DNA from: Treponema sp. | Lineage (GTDB): Bacteria > Spirochaetota > Spirochaetia > Treponematales > Treponemataceae | DNA: 64,000 nucleotides | NCBI GenBank assembly: GCA_004554075.1 | Contig: SFOB01000001.1 | Span: 46,155-110,154, forward strand | Direction: 5' to 3' | Shown: piece by piece, positions 1-9,679 of the stretch | Numbering within the stretch: position 1 is the first letter of the stretch | Layout: each line of letters starts with the position of its first letter | Program-made: the position numbers and the translations under genes | Notes under the pieces: model-generated | The model's database searches: none | The model's input: only the letters and a program-made list of their open reading frames with translations | Told to the model about the DNA's origin: nothing

Positions 1-85
1 ATCAGCCTTTACCTTACCGTCTACAAGATGAGTAAAAAATACGATAAAAAGTGCACAAACAATATTAAGAATTATATAAATCATA

Positions 86-1480
86 TTAGTAACCTACCTT
101 GGCAATCATCATTGTAACGTCATCATGAAGCTTTTTATCACCATTGTATTTCATGATAAGATCAACAATATCATCTACCATCTGCTGCGGCTCTTTTGCA
201 GCTCCGGCCATAAGGGTCTTTTTATAGATATCAGTATCACCAAGCTCTACACCACTTTCATCCATTACTTCAGATACACCGTCGGTTGCCATCAGAATGG
301 TGTCTCCACGGAAGAGTCGCTTTTCTGCAACGGTAACATCACCTACATCAAGAATACCGATAAGTGAAGCATTAGAAGTAAGAGGCTTGATTCGGTAACC
401 GTCTGGAGAAGGAGAAAGAATAATCGGGTCAGACATGGAAGCGTTGATATAGCGGATACGCATTTTTTCTGTATCAATAATACTCAGGAACAATACGGTA
501 TATTTATCCTGAAGGTGCATTCCTTTAATAGCCTTATCGATTGCATGAAGTACACCAACAAGGTCTTCCTTATCTTCAATAATCTTTACAGTGTTCATCA
601 CCAAACCCATGATGAGGGCGGCAGGAAGTCCCTTACCAGATACGTCTCCAAGCATAAGCAGAGTTTTTGAAGAGTCGATTGGAAGAATTGAGAAGTAGTC
701 ACCCGATACGTTTACGAGTGGTCGGTAATAAGTTGCAATCTTGAGTTTTGGAATGTTTGGAATCTTCTGAGGAAGGAAGGACTGCTGGGTTTCAGCAAGC
801 TGTTCCCATTCCTTTGTTGTCGCAGAAATTTCTGAAAGAGTAGTAATTGTACGAGAACGGCTTACAAAGCGCTTATACTCTTCGTAAAGTCTCTTATATA
901 CATCAAGGTCAAAAAGTCTTGTATAGCGGCAGAATACATAAAGATGATAGCCATCGCAGCACATAAAGAAACCACGGGCTTTGCGGTAATTTGTAGTTAC
1001 ACCGATATGACGGTCAAAGAAGTAAAAACCATCCGGCCACTGCTCATTAAAGTGCTGGTCCAGCTTATTTCTTACTGTTTCAGAGGTTGAAGTACGGTTA
1101 GGACTGTTATAAAGAATGTAGTTTTTTGAACGGTCAATAAGCAGAACAGAACAGTCACCCTGTTTTTCCAGTACATCACCAATTACAACATAAAAATCAT
1201 CAAGGGAATAACAGAAACGGAGACGGGCAATAAAATCATTTAAGATAACAGTTTCACCTGTTTCCAGAGTGTCTTTTCGTACTTTGGCAAGGAAGAAAGA
1301 ACGGAAGCGGTTTCCCCAGAAAACTGTAGCAAAAAATACTATGAACGCAACAAGAAGCGTTATCCAAGAAAATGATTCTCCTGTTCTTTGCGGTAAAAGC
1401 ATAAGGCAAGCCGCAATGAAGCACAAAATTGTCAAAACATTTATAGAGATTAGAACAATTCTTTTCCTGGTTTTGTACAT
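86..1480 (-). CDS. Membrane-anchored PP2C/SpoIIE-family Ser/Thr phosphatase
   Basis: Two N-terminal hydrophobic helices; PP2C motifs SGDYF, LGDVSGKG, ATDGVSE, DDVT. Confidence 0.85.
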   Translation of the reverse strand: MYKTRKRIVLISINVLTILCFIAACLMLLPQRTGESFSWITLLVAFIVFFATVFWGNRFRSFFLAKVRKDTLETGETVILNDFIARLRFCYSLDDFYVVIGDVLEKQGDCSVLLIDRSKNYILYNSPNRTSTSETVRNKLDQHFNEQWPDGFYFFDRHIGVTTNYRKARGFFMCCDGYHLYVFCRYTRLFDLDVYKRLYEEYKRFVSRSRTITTLSEISATTKEWEQLAETQQSFLPQKIPNIPKLKIATYYRPLVNVSGDYFSILPIDSSKTLLMLGDVSGKGLPAALIMGLVMNTVKIIEDKEDLVGVLHAIDKAIKGMHLQDKYTVLFLSIIDTEKMRIRYINASMSDPIILSPSPDGYRIKPLTSNASLIGILDVGDVTVAEKRLFRGDTILMATDGVSEVMDESGVELGDTDIYKKTLMAGAAKEPQQMVDDIVDLIMKYNGDKKLHDDVTMMIAKVGY

Positions 1481-1535
1481 GATAACCCCTGATTTCTAAC
1501 TAATATTTTAAATAGAATGATACTATTCTATCATA

Positions 1536-1563
1536 TTATCGGAAAATTTGGGAAAAAAGTTCA
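1536..1563 (-). promoter_or_regulatory. Possible sigma28 (FliA) promoter for the SpoIIE gene
   Basis: Minus strand TGAA(CTTT)-N16-TCCGATAA; the -35 is imperfect. Confidence 0.35.
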
Positions 1564-1620
1564 ATAAATAAGGAATTATGCGTAAGAAAGGGAAACTTTC
1601 AAAAGTTAATACCGTGATTT

Positions 1621-1707
1621 GTGATAAAAGTGCGGAGCGGCAAAATGACCTTGCGTAGCATCACCCCCGCGAAGCAAGTCATTTTGCAGCGGGAGTACTT
1701 TTATCAC
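1621..1707 (+). repeat. 87-bp imperfect palindrome (element A), related to element B
   Basis: Stems GTGATAAAAGTGC/GTACTTTTATCAC and GCAAAATGAC/GTCATTTTGC; internal loops GGA/GGGA and GTA/GAA; apical loop ATCACCCCC. Confidence 0.85.
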
Positions 1708-1714
1708 GAGACCA

Positions 1715-2869
1715 CTAATTATCCAATTTTGAAAGATTCAACAGACTTGGTTCCCTAGGTGGATTTTCCAGATCCATATAAGCCTTAAGCAGTTCTTTCT
1801 GCTTAGTAGAAAGCTTTGTTGGAACCTGAACCATGATTTTTACGTACAAATCGCCCTTGCGTGTAGTACCAGAAATAGGAACACCCTCGCCTTTTATGCG
1901 CAAAAGCTTTCCATTTGAAGTTCCATCTGGGATTTTAATAGCAAGTTTTTTGCCATCCAGGGCTGTAATTGTGATTTCGCAGCCCAAAGCAGCCTGTGCA
2001 ATGCTGATTGGAACAGCACAGTAAAGATCTGCTCCATCTCTTTCAAAGAATGGATGCTGTTCTACGTGTAATACAACTACGAGGTCTCCTGCAGGTCCAC
2101 CGTTTTCTCCGGCATCACCCATTCCGCGGATTACGATACGTTTTCCGTTATCAACTCCGGCAGGAATCTTAAGAGACATCTGCTTAGATTTTTCCTGAAT
2201 ACCCTTTCCACGGCAACTTGGACACGGTTTATCAATTATTGTACCGCGGCCACCGCACTTAGGACAGGTCTGCTGAATAGTAAAGAAGCCGTTACCCTGG
2301 CGAACCTGGCCCATACCATTACAGGTTGGACAAGTTTTCTTAGAAGCACCGGCAGCTGCTCCACTACCCTTACAAGCCTCACAGGCTTCGTTGTGCTTAA
2401 AGTGGATATCTGCCTGAGTACCGTAAACGGCATCCTTAAACTGAATATGAAGATCGTAACGGAGGCTGGCACCTGCTGCAGGACCAGAGCTTCTAGAGCT
2501 GCTGCGTCCACCGCCACCAAAGCCACCACCGAAAATAGAATCAAAGATATCAGAGAAGCCGCCACCGGCTCCTCCAAAGAGGTCTGAGAAGTCGTGGAAG
2601 GCATGTGAATACTGAGCTCCACCGCCGCCACCGGCACCCATACCATCAAGACCGGCAAAGCCGTACTGGTCGTAAATAGGACGTTTTTCTTCGTCAGAAA
2701 GTACTTCGTAAGCTTCTGTAGCCTCGCGGAATTTTTCCTCGGCTGTTTTGTCACCAGGGTTTCTGTCCGGGTGATATTTTACAGCAAGCTTACGGTAAGC
2801 CTTTTTAATTGCTTCCTGATCAGCTGATTTGTCAACACCTAATACTTCGTAATAGTCACGCTTTGCCAT
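1715..2869 (-). CDS. dnaJ: Chaperone DnaJ
   Basis: J domain with HPD, G/F-rich region, four CxxCxGxG repeats. Confidence 0.98.
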   Translation of the reverse strand: MAKRDYYEVLGVDKSADQEAIKKAYRKLAVKYHPDRNPGDKTAEEKFREATEAYEVLSDEEKRPIYDQYGFAGLDGMGAGGGGGAQYSHAFHDFSDLFGGAGGGFSDIFDSIFGGGFGGGGRSSSRSSGPAAGASLRYDLHIQFKDAVYGTQADIHFKHNEACEACKGSGAAAGASKKTCPTCNGMGQVRQGNGFFTIQQTCPKCGGRGTIIDKPCPSCRGKGIQEKSKQMSLKIPAGVDNGKRIVIRGMGDAGENGGPAGDLVVVLHVEQHPFFERDGADLYCAVPISIAQAALGCEITITALDGKKLAIKIPDGTSNGKLLRIKGEGVPISGTTRKGDLYVKIMVQVPTKLSTKQKELLKAYMDLENPPREPSLLNLSKLDN

Positions 2870-2907
2870 ATCTTATGTCCATCAATAAAAATATTAATCA
2901 ATATATC

Positions 2908-2939
2908 AAAAAAATGTCCTGTCTACAAGAACAGGACAT
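2908..2939 (-). terminator. Intrinsic terminator or attenuator between dnaK and dnaJ
   Basis: ATGTCCTGT/ACAGGACAT stem followed by a T-run on the minus strand. Confidence 0.65.
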
Positions 2940-2949
2940 CTTGAAAAAT

Positions 2950-3030
2950 GGTCCTGCTCTCCCGTGAAAACATGCCCCTCGCCTGCGGGAATGATGCAGG
3001 CGAGCGTCATTTTTCACTCCGAGCATGACC
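2950..3030 (-). repeat. 81-bp imperfect palindrome (element B), related to element A
   Basis: Minus strand GGTCATGCTC-GGA-GTGAAAAATG...GC-ATCATTCCC-GC...TTTTCAC-GGGA-GAGCAGGACC. Confidence 0.85.
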
Positions 3031-3041
3031 TCGTTCAATTT

Positions 3042-5018
3042 TTACTTGTCATCATCCTTTACTTCATATTCAACATCATCAGCTGAACCTTTATCGAAGC
3101 CTGACTTGTTTTCTGCGCCTGCATCACCTGCTGCACCAGCTCCAGCATCACCTGCTGCGGCACCTTCAGCGCCCTGAGCACCTGCTCCTGCCTGTCCGGC
3201 TGCGGCCTGCTGCTTGTAGAGTTCTTCGGCGATCTTGTATGAAGCCTGTTTGAGGGCTTCTGTCTTTGCCTTGATATCTTCTACATTGTCACCCTGCATA
3301 GCTTGCTTGAGGGCTGCCATAGCATCTTCAATCTTCTGCTTTTCGCCACCGTCAACCTTGTCTCCAAGATCCTTAAGTGTCTTTTCTGTAGCATAAATCA
3401 AGCTGTCTGCTTCGTTACGTGCATCAACGCCTTCGCGCTTAGCCTTATCTGCAGCTGCGTTTGCTTCTGCATCTTTAACCATCTTCTCAATCTCTTCGTC
3501 GCTCAAACCTGAAGAAGAAGTAATCTGAATGTGCTGTTCCTTACCAGTTCCAAGATCCTTAGCAGAAACGTGAACAATACCGTTAGCATCGATATCGAAG
3601 GTAACTTCAATCTGTGGAACACCACGAGGAGCGGCTGGAATACCTACGAGGTCGAAGCGGCCAAGTGTACGGTTCTGATCAGCCATTTCACGCTCACCCT
3701 GGAGTACGTGGATTGATACGGCAGTCTGTCCATCAGCTGCAGTAGAGAAGATCTGGCTCTTCTTTGTAGGAATTGTTGTATTTCTTGGGATAAGCTTTGT
3801 GAATACGCCACCCATTGTTTCAATACCAAGTGAAAGTGGAGTTACATCAAGAAGAAGAACGTCCTTTACATCACCCTGGAGTACACCACCCTGAATAGCA
3901 GCACCAACAGCAACTGCTTCATCTGGGTTTACAGCACGGCTTCCTTCCTTACCGAAGATAGCCTTAACAACTTCCTGTACCTTTGGCATACGAGAAGAAC
4001 CACCAACAAGAAGAACCTCGTCAATCTTGTCTGCTGTAATACCAGCGTCCTGGAGAGCCTTGCGGCAAGGTTCCTTAGTTCTTTCATAAAGGTTATCTGT
4101 CATCTGTTCAAACTGAGCACGTGTCAAAGACTTCTGCAAGTGCTTTGGACCTGTTGCATCAGCAGTAATGAATGGAAGGTTGATATCAGTTGAAGTCTGT
4201 GAAGAAAGCTGAATCTTAGCGTTTTCAGCAGCTTCACGGAGACGCTGCATAGCCATTGGATCTTTAGAAAGGTCAATGCCTGTATCAGCCTTAAAGCCGT
4301 CAATCAGCCAGTTTACGATAACACGGTCCCAGTCATCACCACCAAGGTGTGTATCACCGTTTGTAGATTTTACTTCGAATACGCCGTCTGCGAGTTCGAG
4401 AATAGAAATATCGAATGTACCACCACCAAGGTCGTATACAGCGATTGTCTTTTCCTTGTCCTGATCCTGTTTGAAACCGAAAGCAAGAGAAGCAGCTGTA
4501 GGTTCGTTGATAATACGCTGAACGTTGAGTCCGGCAATCTTACCAGCATCCTTAGTAGCCTGACGCTGAGAGTCGTTGAAGTAAGCAGGTACTGTAATTA
4601 CAGCATCTGTAACTTCTGTTCCGAGGTAGTCCTCAGCAGTTTTCTTCATCTTCTGAAGAATGAAAGCAGAAATTTCCTGTGGTGAGTAGCGCTTTTTAGC
4701 TCCACCCTCTTCTACTTCTACACGGCAGTCTGAACCGTTATCGATGATTGTATATGGAAGCTTTGTAGCCTCACCCTGAAGTTCACTGAAGCGGTGTCCA
4801 ATAAGACGCTTTACTGAGTAAACTGTGTTCTTTGGATTTGTTACCATCTGGTTTTTAGCAGGTGCACCAACAATGCGGTCTCCCTTTGCTGTGAAACCTA
4901 CGATAGAAGGAGTTGTACGTCCACCTTCTGAGTTCTGAATTACAACTGGTTCGCCGTTTTCCATTACGGCAACACAAGAGTTTGTTGTTCCTAAGTCAAT
5001 ACCAATAATCTTTCCCAT
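3042..5018 (-). CDS. dnaK: Chaperone DnaK (Hsp70)
   Basis: [17 protein letters not shown] and LVGGSSRMP motifs; 658 aa. Confidence 0.99.
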   Translation of the reverse strand: MGKIIGIDLGTTNSCVAVMENGEPVVIQNSEGGRTTPSIVGFTAKGDRIVGAPAKNQMVTNPKNTVYSVKRLIGHRFSELQGEATKLPYTIIDNGSDCRVEVEEGGAKKRYSPQEISAFILQKMKKTAEDYLGTEVTDAVITVPAYFNDSQRQATKDAGKIAGLNVQRIINEPTAASLAFGFKQDQDKEKTIAVYDLGGGTFDISILELADGVFEVKSTNGDTHLGGDDWDRVIVNWLIDGFKADTGIDLSKDPMAMQRLREAAENAKIQLSSQTSTDINLPFITADATGPKHLQKSLTRAQFEQMTDNLYERTKEPCRKALQDAGITADKIDEVLLVGGSSRMPKVQEVVKAIFGKEGSRAVNPDEAVAVGAAIQGGVLQGDVKDVLLLDVTPLSLGIETMGGVFTKLIPRNTTIPTKKSQIFSTAADGQTAVSIHVLQGEREMADQNRTLGRFDLVGIPAAPRGVPQIEVTFDIDANGIVHVSAKDLGTGKEQHIQITSSSGLSDEEIEKMVKDAEANAAADKAKREGVDARNEADSLIYATEKTLKDLGDKVDGGEKQKIEDAMAALKQAMQGDNVEDIKAKTEALKQASYKIAEELYKQQAAAGQAGAGAQGAEGAAAGDAGAGAAGDAGAENKSGFDKGSADDVEYEVKDDDK

Positions 5019-5052
5019 TTTTATTTACCTCGCTTTCTAATTTACTAGTGAA

Positions 5053-5652
5053 TTACGCTTTCGGCACCTTAACCATAACCTTAGCGTGTCTGATGACTTT
5101 ATCCTTGAGCTTGTAGCCCTTAAGATAAACCTGAGCCAGAGTTTCCTTCTTGGCTTTTTCATCTTCCATACGGCCGATTGCTTCGTGCTCGTCAGGATTA
5201 AATTCATCTCCTTCCTTGCCGTAGCCTGTAAGACCATATTTATCTTCAAGCATCTTTACAAGATTCTTATTAATCATCTTGATACCGTCTGCAATTGCTT
5301 TTGCATCCTTAGCGTCCTTTGCAGCATCAATTGTACGGTCAAAATTATCAAGACTGTCGAGCAGGTCGCCCAGAAGTCCGGCATTAGCGTAGTCGTAAGT
5401 GTCCTGCTTTTCTTTCATCATGCGCTTACGGTAGTTGTCAAAGTCTGCAGCGCGGCGCAAGAGCTGATCTTTAAGGTCAGCATTTTCTTTTTCAAGAGCA
5501 GCAATCTTTTCTTCCGGAGTAAGCTCTTTTTTCTCTTCCGATTTCTCAGCAGCAGTGGCATCTGCACCGTCTGTAGCCTGTGAATCAGCGGCAGCTTCTT
5601 CCTGAGAAGTTGCTTTTTCTTCTGTCTGATTTTCAGTTTTCTCTTCAGCCAT
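5053..5652 (-). CDS. grpE: Nucleotide exchange factor GrpE
   Basis: LRRAADFDNYRKR, FNPDEHEA and KGYKL..IRHAKV motifs; directly upstream of dnaK. Confidence 0.97.
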   Translation of the reverse strand: MAEEKTENQTEEKATSQEEAAADSQATDGADATAAEKSEEKKELTPEEKIAALEKENADLKDQLLRRAADFDNYRKRMMKEKQDTYDYANAGLLGDLLDSLDNFDRTIDAAKDAKDAKAIADGIKMINKNLVKMLEDKYGLTGYGKEGDEFNPDEHEAIGRMEDEKAKKETLAQVYLKGYKLKDKVIRHAKVMVKVPKA

Positions 5653-5736
5653 TCTTCTCCACCATCAAAAATATATATTTTCTATCTTTAAAATTACTAA
5701 TTTTGTGGGGAAAACGTCAACATTTTTTTGAAAAAT

Positions 5737-6699
5737 TTATAAAAATTTGTTAAATGATGAAGTAACGTCGTAAGTCTTACCTTCTAGAGAAAAAGCAAGC
5801 CTTGCTGCATGAAGGTACATACGGCTGGCAGAAGAACCACCATAAAGTTCATCACCAAGAATAGGAAGTCCCCGGCTTGCCAGATGCACGCGAATCTGGT
5901 GGGTACGGCCGGTATAGAGGGTGCATTCTATAAGAAGACAAGGACGACCTTCAACGGTAATACGCTTTAAAACACGAAAATCTGTTTTAGAATACTGTCC
6001 GCCACGAGCTTCTGATAACTGGCCCCACTTCCCCTGCTGAGATTTCCCGGTAAGGCGCCCCATGAACATTTCTACAGTGAATTGAGAGTCAACGTCCAGA
6101 GAGATTCCTTTCTTCGCATCTTCCACCACTGCAAGGTATTGTTTTGTAAGGTTGTGTTTCTGAAACATTTCCGACACAGCCGCATTTACAGAACGGCTTT
6201 TCGTAAACAAAATTACACCGCTGGTTTCACGGTCCAGGCGATGCATTATTCCCGCATAAGGCGGATTACGAAGTTCCGGAGAACGATGCCAGAGAAAGTC
6301 CACAAGGCTGTCGTGCAAATTATTGCGGTTACCGGTGATTGTCTGCTCCACCGGAAAGCGGTGGGGTTTATTAAGAAAAATCAGATTTTCATCTTCAAAA
6401 AGAATGTCGGCCGCAGAGACCTCGAATTTTAAGTCATCGGGTTGTTTTTCGTAAAAGAACTTTTCAGCCTCGAAACGTACTAAAATACTACTGTTCCCTC
6501 TAAGCTCAAAGGCAGGCCGCAAAACAGGGCGCCCGTTTACCTGAACAGCACCTGCCAATATGAGGCGTCTTATTTTTGAGTTGGAAATGTCCCCAGTCTG
6601 TGAACCGGCTGTCACTTCAAAAACCTTTGCAGGCAATTCTTTTCTTAAAAACTCATCCAGCCGCCGAGTCTGGTTTGTACTAAATCTTATTTCTTGCAT
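5737..6699 (-). CDS. RluA/RluD-family RNA pseudouridine synthase
   Basis: S4-like N-terminus; HRLDRETSG, TGRTHQIRVH and GDELYG motifs; start moved to MQEIRF. Confidence 0.9.
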   Translation of the reverse strand: MQEIRFSTNQTRRLDEFLRKELPAKVFEVTAGSQTGDISNSKIRRLILAGAVQVNGRPVLRPAFELRGNSSILVRFEAEKFFYEKQPDDLKFEVSAADILFEDENLIFLNKPHRFPVEQTITGNRNNLHDSLVDFLWHRSPELRNPPYAGIMHRLDRETSGVILFTKSRSVNAAVSEMFQKHNLTKQYLAVVEDAKKGISLDVDSQFTVEMFMGRLTGKSQQGKWGQLSEARGGQYSKTDFRVLKRITVEGRPCLLIECTLYTGRTHQIRVHLASRGLPILGDELYGGSSASRMYLHAARLAFSLEGKTYDVTSSFNKFL

Positions 6700-8623
6700 G
6701 ATGGATTTTTTTCTGCTCGTAAAGGCTCTGGTCTGCAACAGTCAAAAGCTCATTCAAATCTTTATTACTATAATCAAAAGAACTTGCACCAAGACTCATT
6801 GAAAGCACAAAAGGAAAGTTATTTTTCTGCGAATACTCAGCGCACATAGAATCAATTTTTTCCCGCAGCTTATCTATATGTGTTATATCCATACCAGAAG
6901 CAACAATTCCAAATTCATCTCCGCTTAACCTTCCTATAATATCCATTTTTCGGAAGGCAGACCTCAAAACTTCTGCAACACCGGCAATTGCCTTATCACC
7001 AAATTCATGGCCATACTTATCATTGATTTTCTTAAGTTGGTCCAGATCTGCAAAGAAGACTACTCCGCTGGTATCGATTTCCTGAGAAAACAAAATCATC
7101 TTCTGACCGTATTCCATAAAACCACGGCGGTTGAGAAGCTGGGTCAGTTCATCTGTTTTTGAACTGATGCTTAGGTCTATGTTTTTCTCCTTGAGTTCCT
7201 TATTCATTGTCTCAAGGAGATTTTTCTGCTTAACAGTTTTTGTATAATCATAAGCCTGAACAATCAGACTGGTAATTACCTTAAGCAGAATATTGTTCAT
7301 TCCAAAATCAGTACGCTCAGCCTTACAAAAAAGATAACCATACTGCTGAGTGCCCAATATTACAGGCTGGAAAATAAAACAGCCAGGATTTTTATCAGCC
7401 TGTTTCTTATCAAAAAGGTTTTTCTTCAGTTCAATATATTCATTATCTTCATAGTATCTGGCAATATCATTTTCCGTATCAATATGAAGAAGAAGTCTTG
7501 CTTCCGCAGGCATTACAAAATTATCTTCCCGCAAAACATTTACAGGCTCTCTCAGGGCATAAACAACAAGCTTTGTAAAGCCAGAGCTGTCTACGATTGT
7601 CTTAAAGGATTTTGCAAAATCGTCGAGGTTGGAAGTTCCCTTCATTACATCAAAAAGGTTACCGATTCTGCGAAGCTCATCATAATGAGAAGCCGCTGCT
7701 GTAAACACATCACGCTTTTTCTGTTCCAGTAAATCTTCGCAGCCACAGGAACGGCGGTAAATTGCCTTAAGATTTGTGTTTACCGTAGGCTTCTGAAGGC
7801 AATTCTTTTTCTTACCTTCACGTAAAAGTTTAAGTCCAAGTTCTGCTGCAGCATAGCCCTGCTCTTCTATAGTCTGATCTATTGTAGAAAGGCTTGGTAC
7901 ACTTAAAATAGAATGAGAAGTATTATCAAAGCCGAATACCTTCATTTCTGAAGGAATCTTAATACCAAGCTCGGCAAAATAATCCAGAACTGCCATTCCC
8001 ATCAGGTCATTTGCACATATAATTGCTTCGTACTCAATATCTTCTTTTGAGTGATACTTTTCTTTCATCTCTGCAAGGGCAGAAGATTTTGTAAAGGCGC
8101 CGTCCAGCACCCATTCCGGATGGAACTCAAGGCCATGTTTATCCATCGCATGCATAAAGGCTTCAAAACGTTCCCAGCCTTCCTGTGAAGAAATGTTATT
8201 AGCAGAGAAAAAACCGATTTTTGTACAGCCATGAACATTCTTCAAATGTCCCACAACTTCATCATAAACAGAAAGACAGTCTGCTGTTGTATAATGAATG
8301 TTAGGGTCTTCAAACTTCATTCCAATGGAAACTATTTTTTTCCCGTAATATGGCTTTAAGAGTTCTTTTATTTCATCCTGCTTTTTGTAAAGACAATAGG
8401 TATTAGAAACTATGATGATTTCATCTATAACTTCTGATTTTAGATATTCTGTAGATGTCCAGTATTGATATTCGTAAAGGCCGTCATTAATGTGAGGAGT
8501 TGCAGTCTGTACAAAGAAAACACGAGTGTCTTTTCGGTCCGAGAAAAATCTGTAAATTCCCTGGATAACCAGGTCGGCATATTCTACCGAAAAGTTATGT
8601 ACAAAAACGGCTATGTTATACAT
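6680..8623 (-). CDS. Diguanylate cyclase with LacI-type sugar-binding sensor domain
   Basis: ICANDLMG, VFGFDN, LSTIDQ and YRRSCGC motifs; C-terminal DELTQLLNRRG, INDKYGHEFGD, RKMD..SGDEF. Confidence 0.88.
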   Translation of the reverse strand: MYNIAVFVHNFSVEYADLVIQGIYRFFSDRKDTRVFFVQTATPHINDGLYEYQYWTSTEYLKSEVIDEIIIVSNTYCLYKKQDEIKELLKPYYGKKIVSIGMKFEDPNIHYTTADCLSVYDEVVGHLKNVHGCTKIGFFSANNISSQEGWERFEAFMHAMDKHGLEFHPEWVLDGAFTKSSALAEMKEKYHSKEDIEYEAIICANDLMGMAVLDYFAELGIKIPSEMKVFGFDNTSHSILSVPSLSTIDQTIEEQGYAAAELGLKLLREGKKKNCLQKPTVNTNLKAIYRRSCGCEDLLEQKKRDVFTAAASHYDELRRIGNLFDVMKGTSNLDDFAKSFKTIVDSSGFTKLVVYALREPVNVLREDNFVMPAEARLLLHIDTENDIARYYEDNEYIELKKNLFDKKQADKNPGCFIFQPVILGTQQYGYLFCKAERTDFGMNNILLKVITSLIVQAYDYTKTVKQKNLLETMNKELKEKNIDLSISSKTDELTQLLNRRGFMEYGQKMILFSQEIDTSGVVFFADLDQLKKINDKYGHEFGDKAIAGVAEVLRSAFRKMDIIGRLSGDEFGIVASGMDITHIDKLREKIDSMCAEYSQKNNFPFVLSMSLGASSFDYSNKDLNELLTVADQSLYEQKKIHHARNKI

Positions 8624-8628
8624 GTCTA

Positions 8629-9615
8629 TTATTGTATCTCATAATCAGGATATTCGCCATTAGAAAAGATTTTTACCTTACACTCTTCCATACATACATT
8701 TTCTGCAAAGGCATTAAGGTCAAAAGCTTCTTCGCTTAATAAATCATCCGGATTATAAGAAGTAGTTATAACAGATTCTTCACCCTCGCCGGCTAAGCGA
8801 GACATTGCTCCGTTAATTTTTACAATATCATGCATAAGGCTGATTAAAGAGTGACAGCCCTTTTCTTCATATTTTTCATCAAGAAAAAGCAGCTGCATTT
8901 TTTCTATTGATTTATGGTTTTCACCTTCCGGATTAAAACCGCTTTTGTAAGAACAGTTATTCACACGCTGCCATTCTGCAAAATCAGAAAAGAAGCGGGA
9001 AGGATAAATGCGAAGTGGCTTTAATATAGAAAGAAACCATGGAACTGCACGGCCGGCTGTGTAAAAAGTTCGGCAGGCAAAGGCTGTGTCACGGCACCAG
9101 CGGATATCCTGGGCGGAAAAAGTTCCGGTAACCTTTGGAGGCTCAAGTTCGCTGTTCATTATCTGAGGAAATTCAATATGATTTGGATACTGCTGAACTG
9201 CAAAATCAAGACGCTCTGAGAAAAGCTTTAATGTGTCTCCGGGAGTTGCAGCGTAGGTAAGATGAAAACCAAATACAAGACCAGACTCGTTTAGCAGGCG
9301 GGCTTTGTTTGCATAAAACTTTTTATCAAAAAGAAGATGACCGCCCTTCTCGCTGCATTCAAGAGGAATGTCAAATGAACAGAAAATATTCTGGGCAGCA
9401 GAGATTACCTCGCGGTCTATAAGACTTGCATCTACAAGAAAAGAAACGAACACCTCTGGCGCATGCTGCGCTATAAGCTTCATAAGTCGCAGGAGCTTGT
9501 TTTTATCATGAGCAACTTTTTCATCAGTTACAGAAAGTTCTGTAATACCTTTCTGTGAAAGGCTTGCTATCTGAGACTCTAACTCTTCTGCCTTGAACTT
9601 ATACTCTTTTGCCAT
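8629..9615 (-). CDS. Hypothetical protein resembling a degenerate radical-SAM barrel
   Basis: GLVFGFHLTY..PGDT....LDFA...YPNHI resembles the barrel of B12-binding radical SAM proteins; no CxxxCxxC motif. Confidence 0.5.
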   Translation of the reverse strand: MAKEYKFKAEELESQIASLSQKGITELSVTDEKVAHDKNKLLRLMKLIAQHAPEVFVSFLVDASLIDREVISAAQNIFCSFDIPLECSEKGGHLLFDKKFYANKARLLNESGLVFGFHLTYAATPGDTLKLFSERLDFAVQQYPNHIEFPQIMNSELEPPKVTGTFSAQDIRWCRDTAFACRTFYTAGRAVPWFLSILKPLRIYPSRFFSDFAEWQRVNNCSYKSGFNPEGENHKSIEKMQLLFLDEKYEEKGCHSLISLMHDIVKINGAMSRLAGEGEESVITTSYNPDDLLSEEAFDLNAFAENVCMEECKVKIFSNGEYPDYEIQ

Positions 9616-9625
9616 ATAAAAAAAA

Positions 9626-9665
9626 CGGTGGTTTCGATACGATGCTTCGCATCACTCAACCACCG
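9626..9665. repeat. REP-like palindrome (TTCGA...CTCA..ACCG family); may act as the asnA terminator
   Basis: CGGTGGTTTCGATACGATGCTTCGCATCACTCAACCACCG with an adjacent A8 run at 9618-9625. Confidence 0.8.
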
Positions 9666-9679
9666 CCTCATTTCATTAT

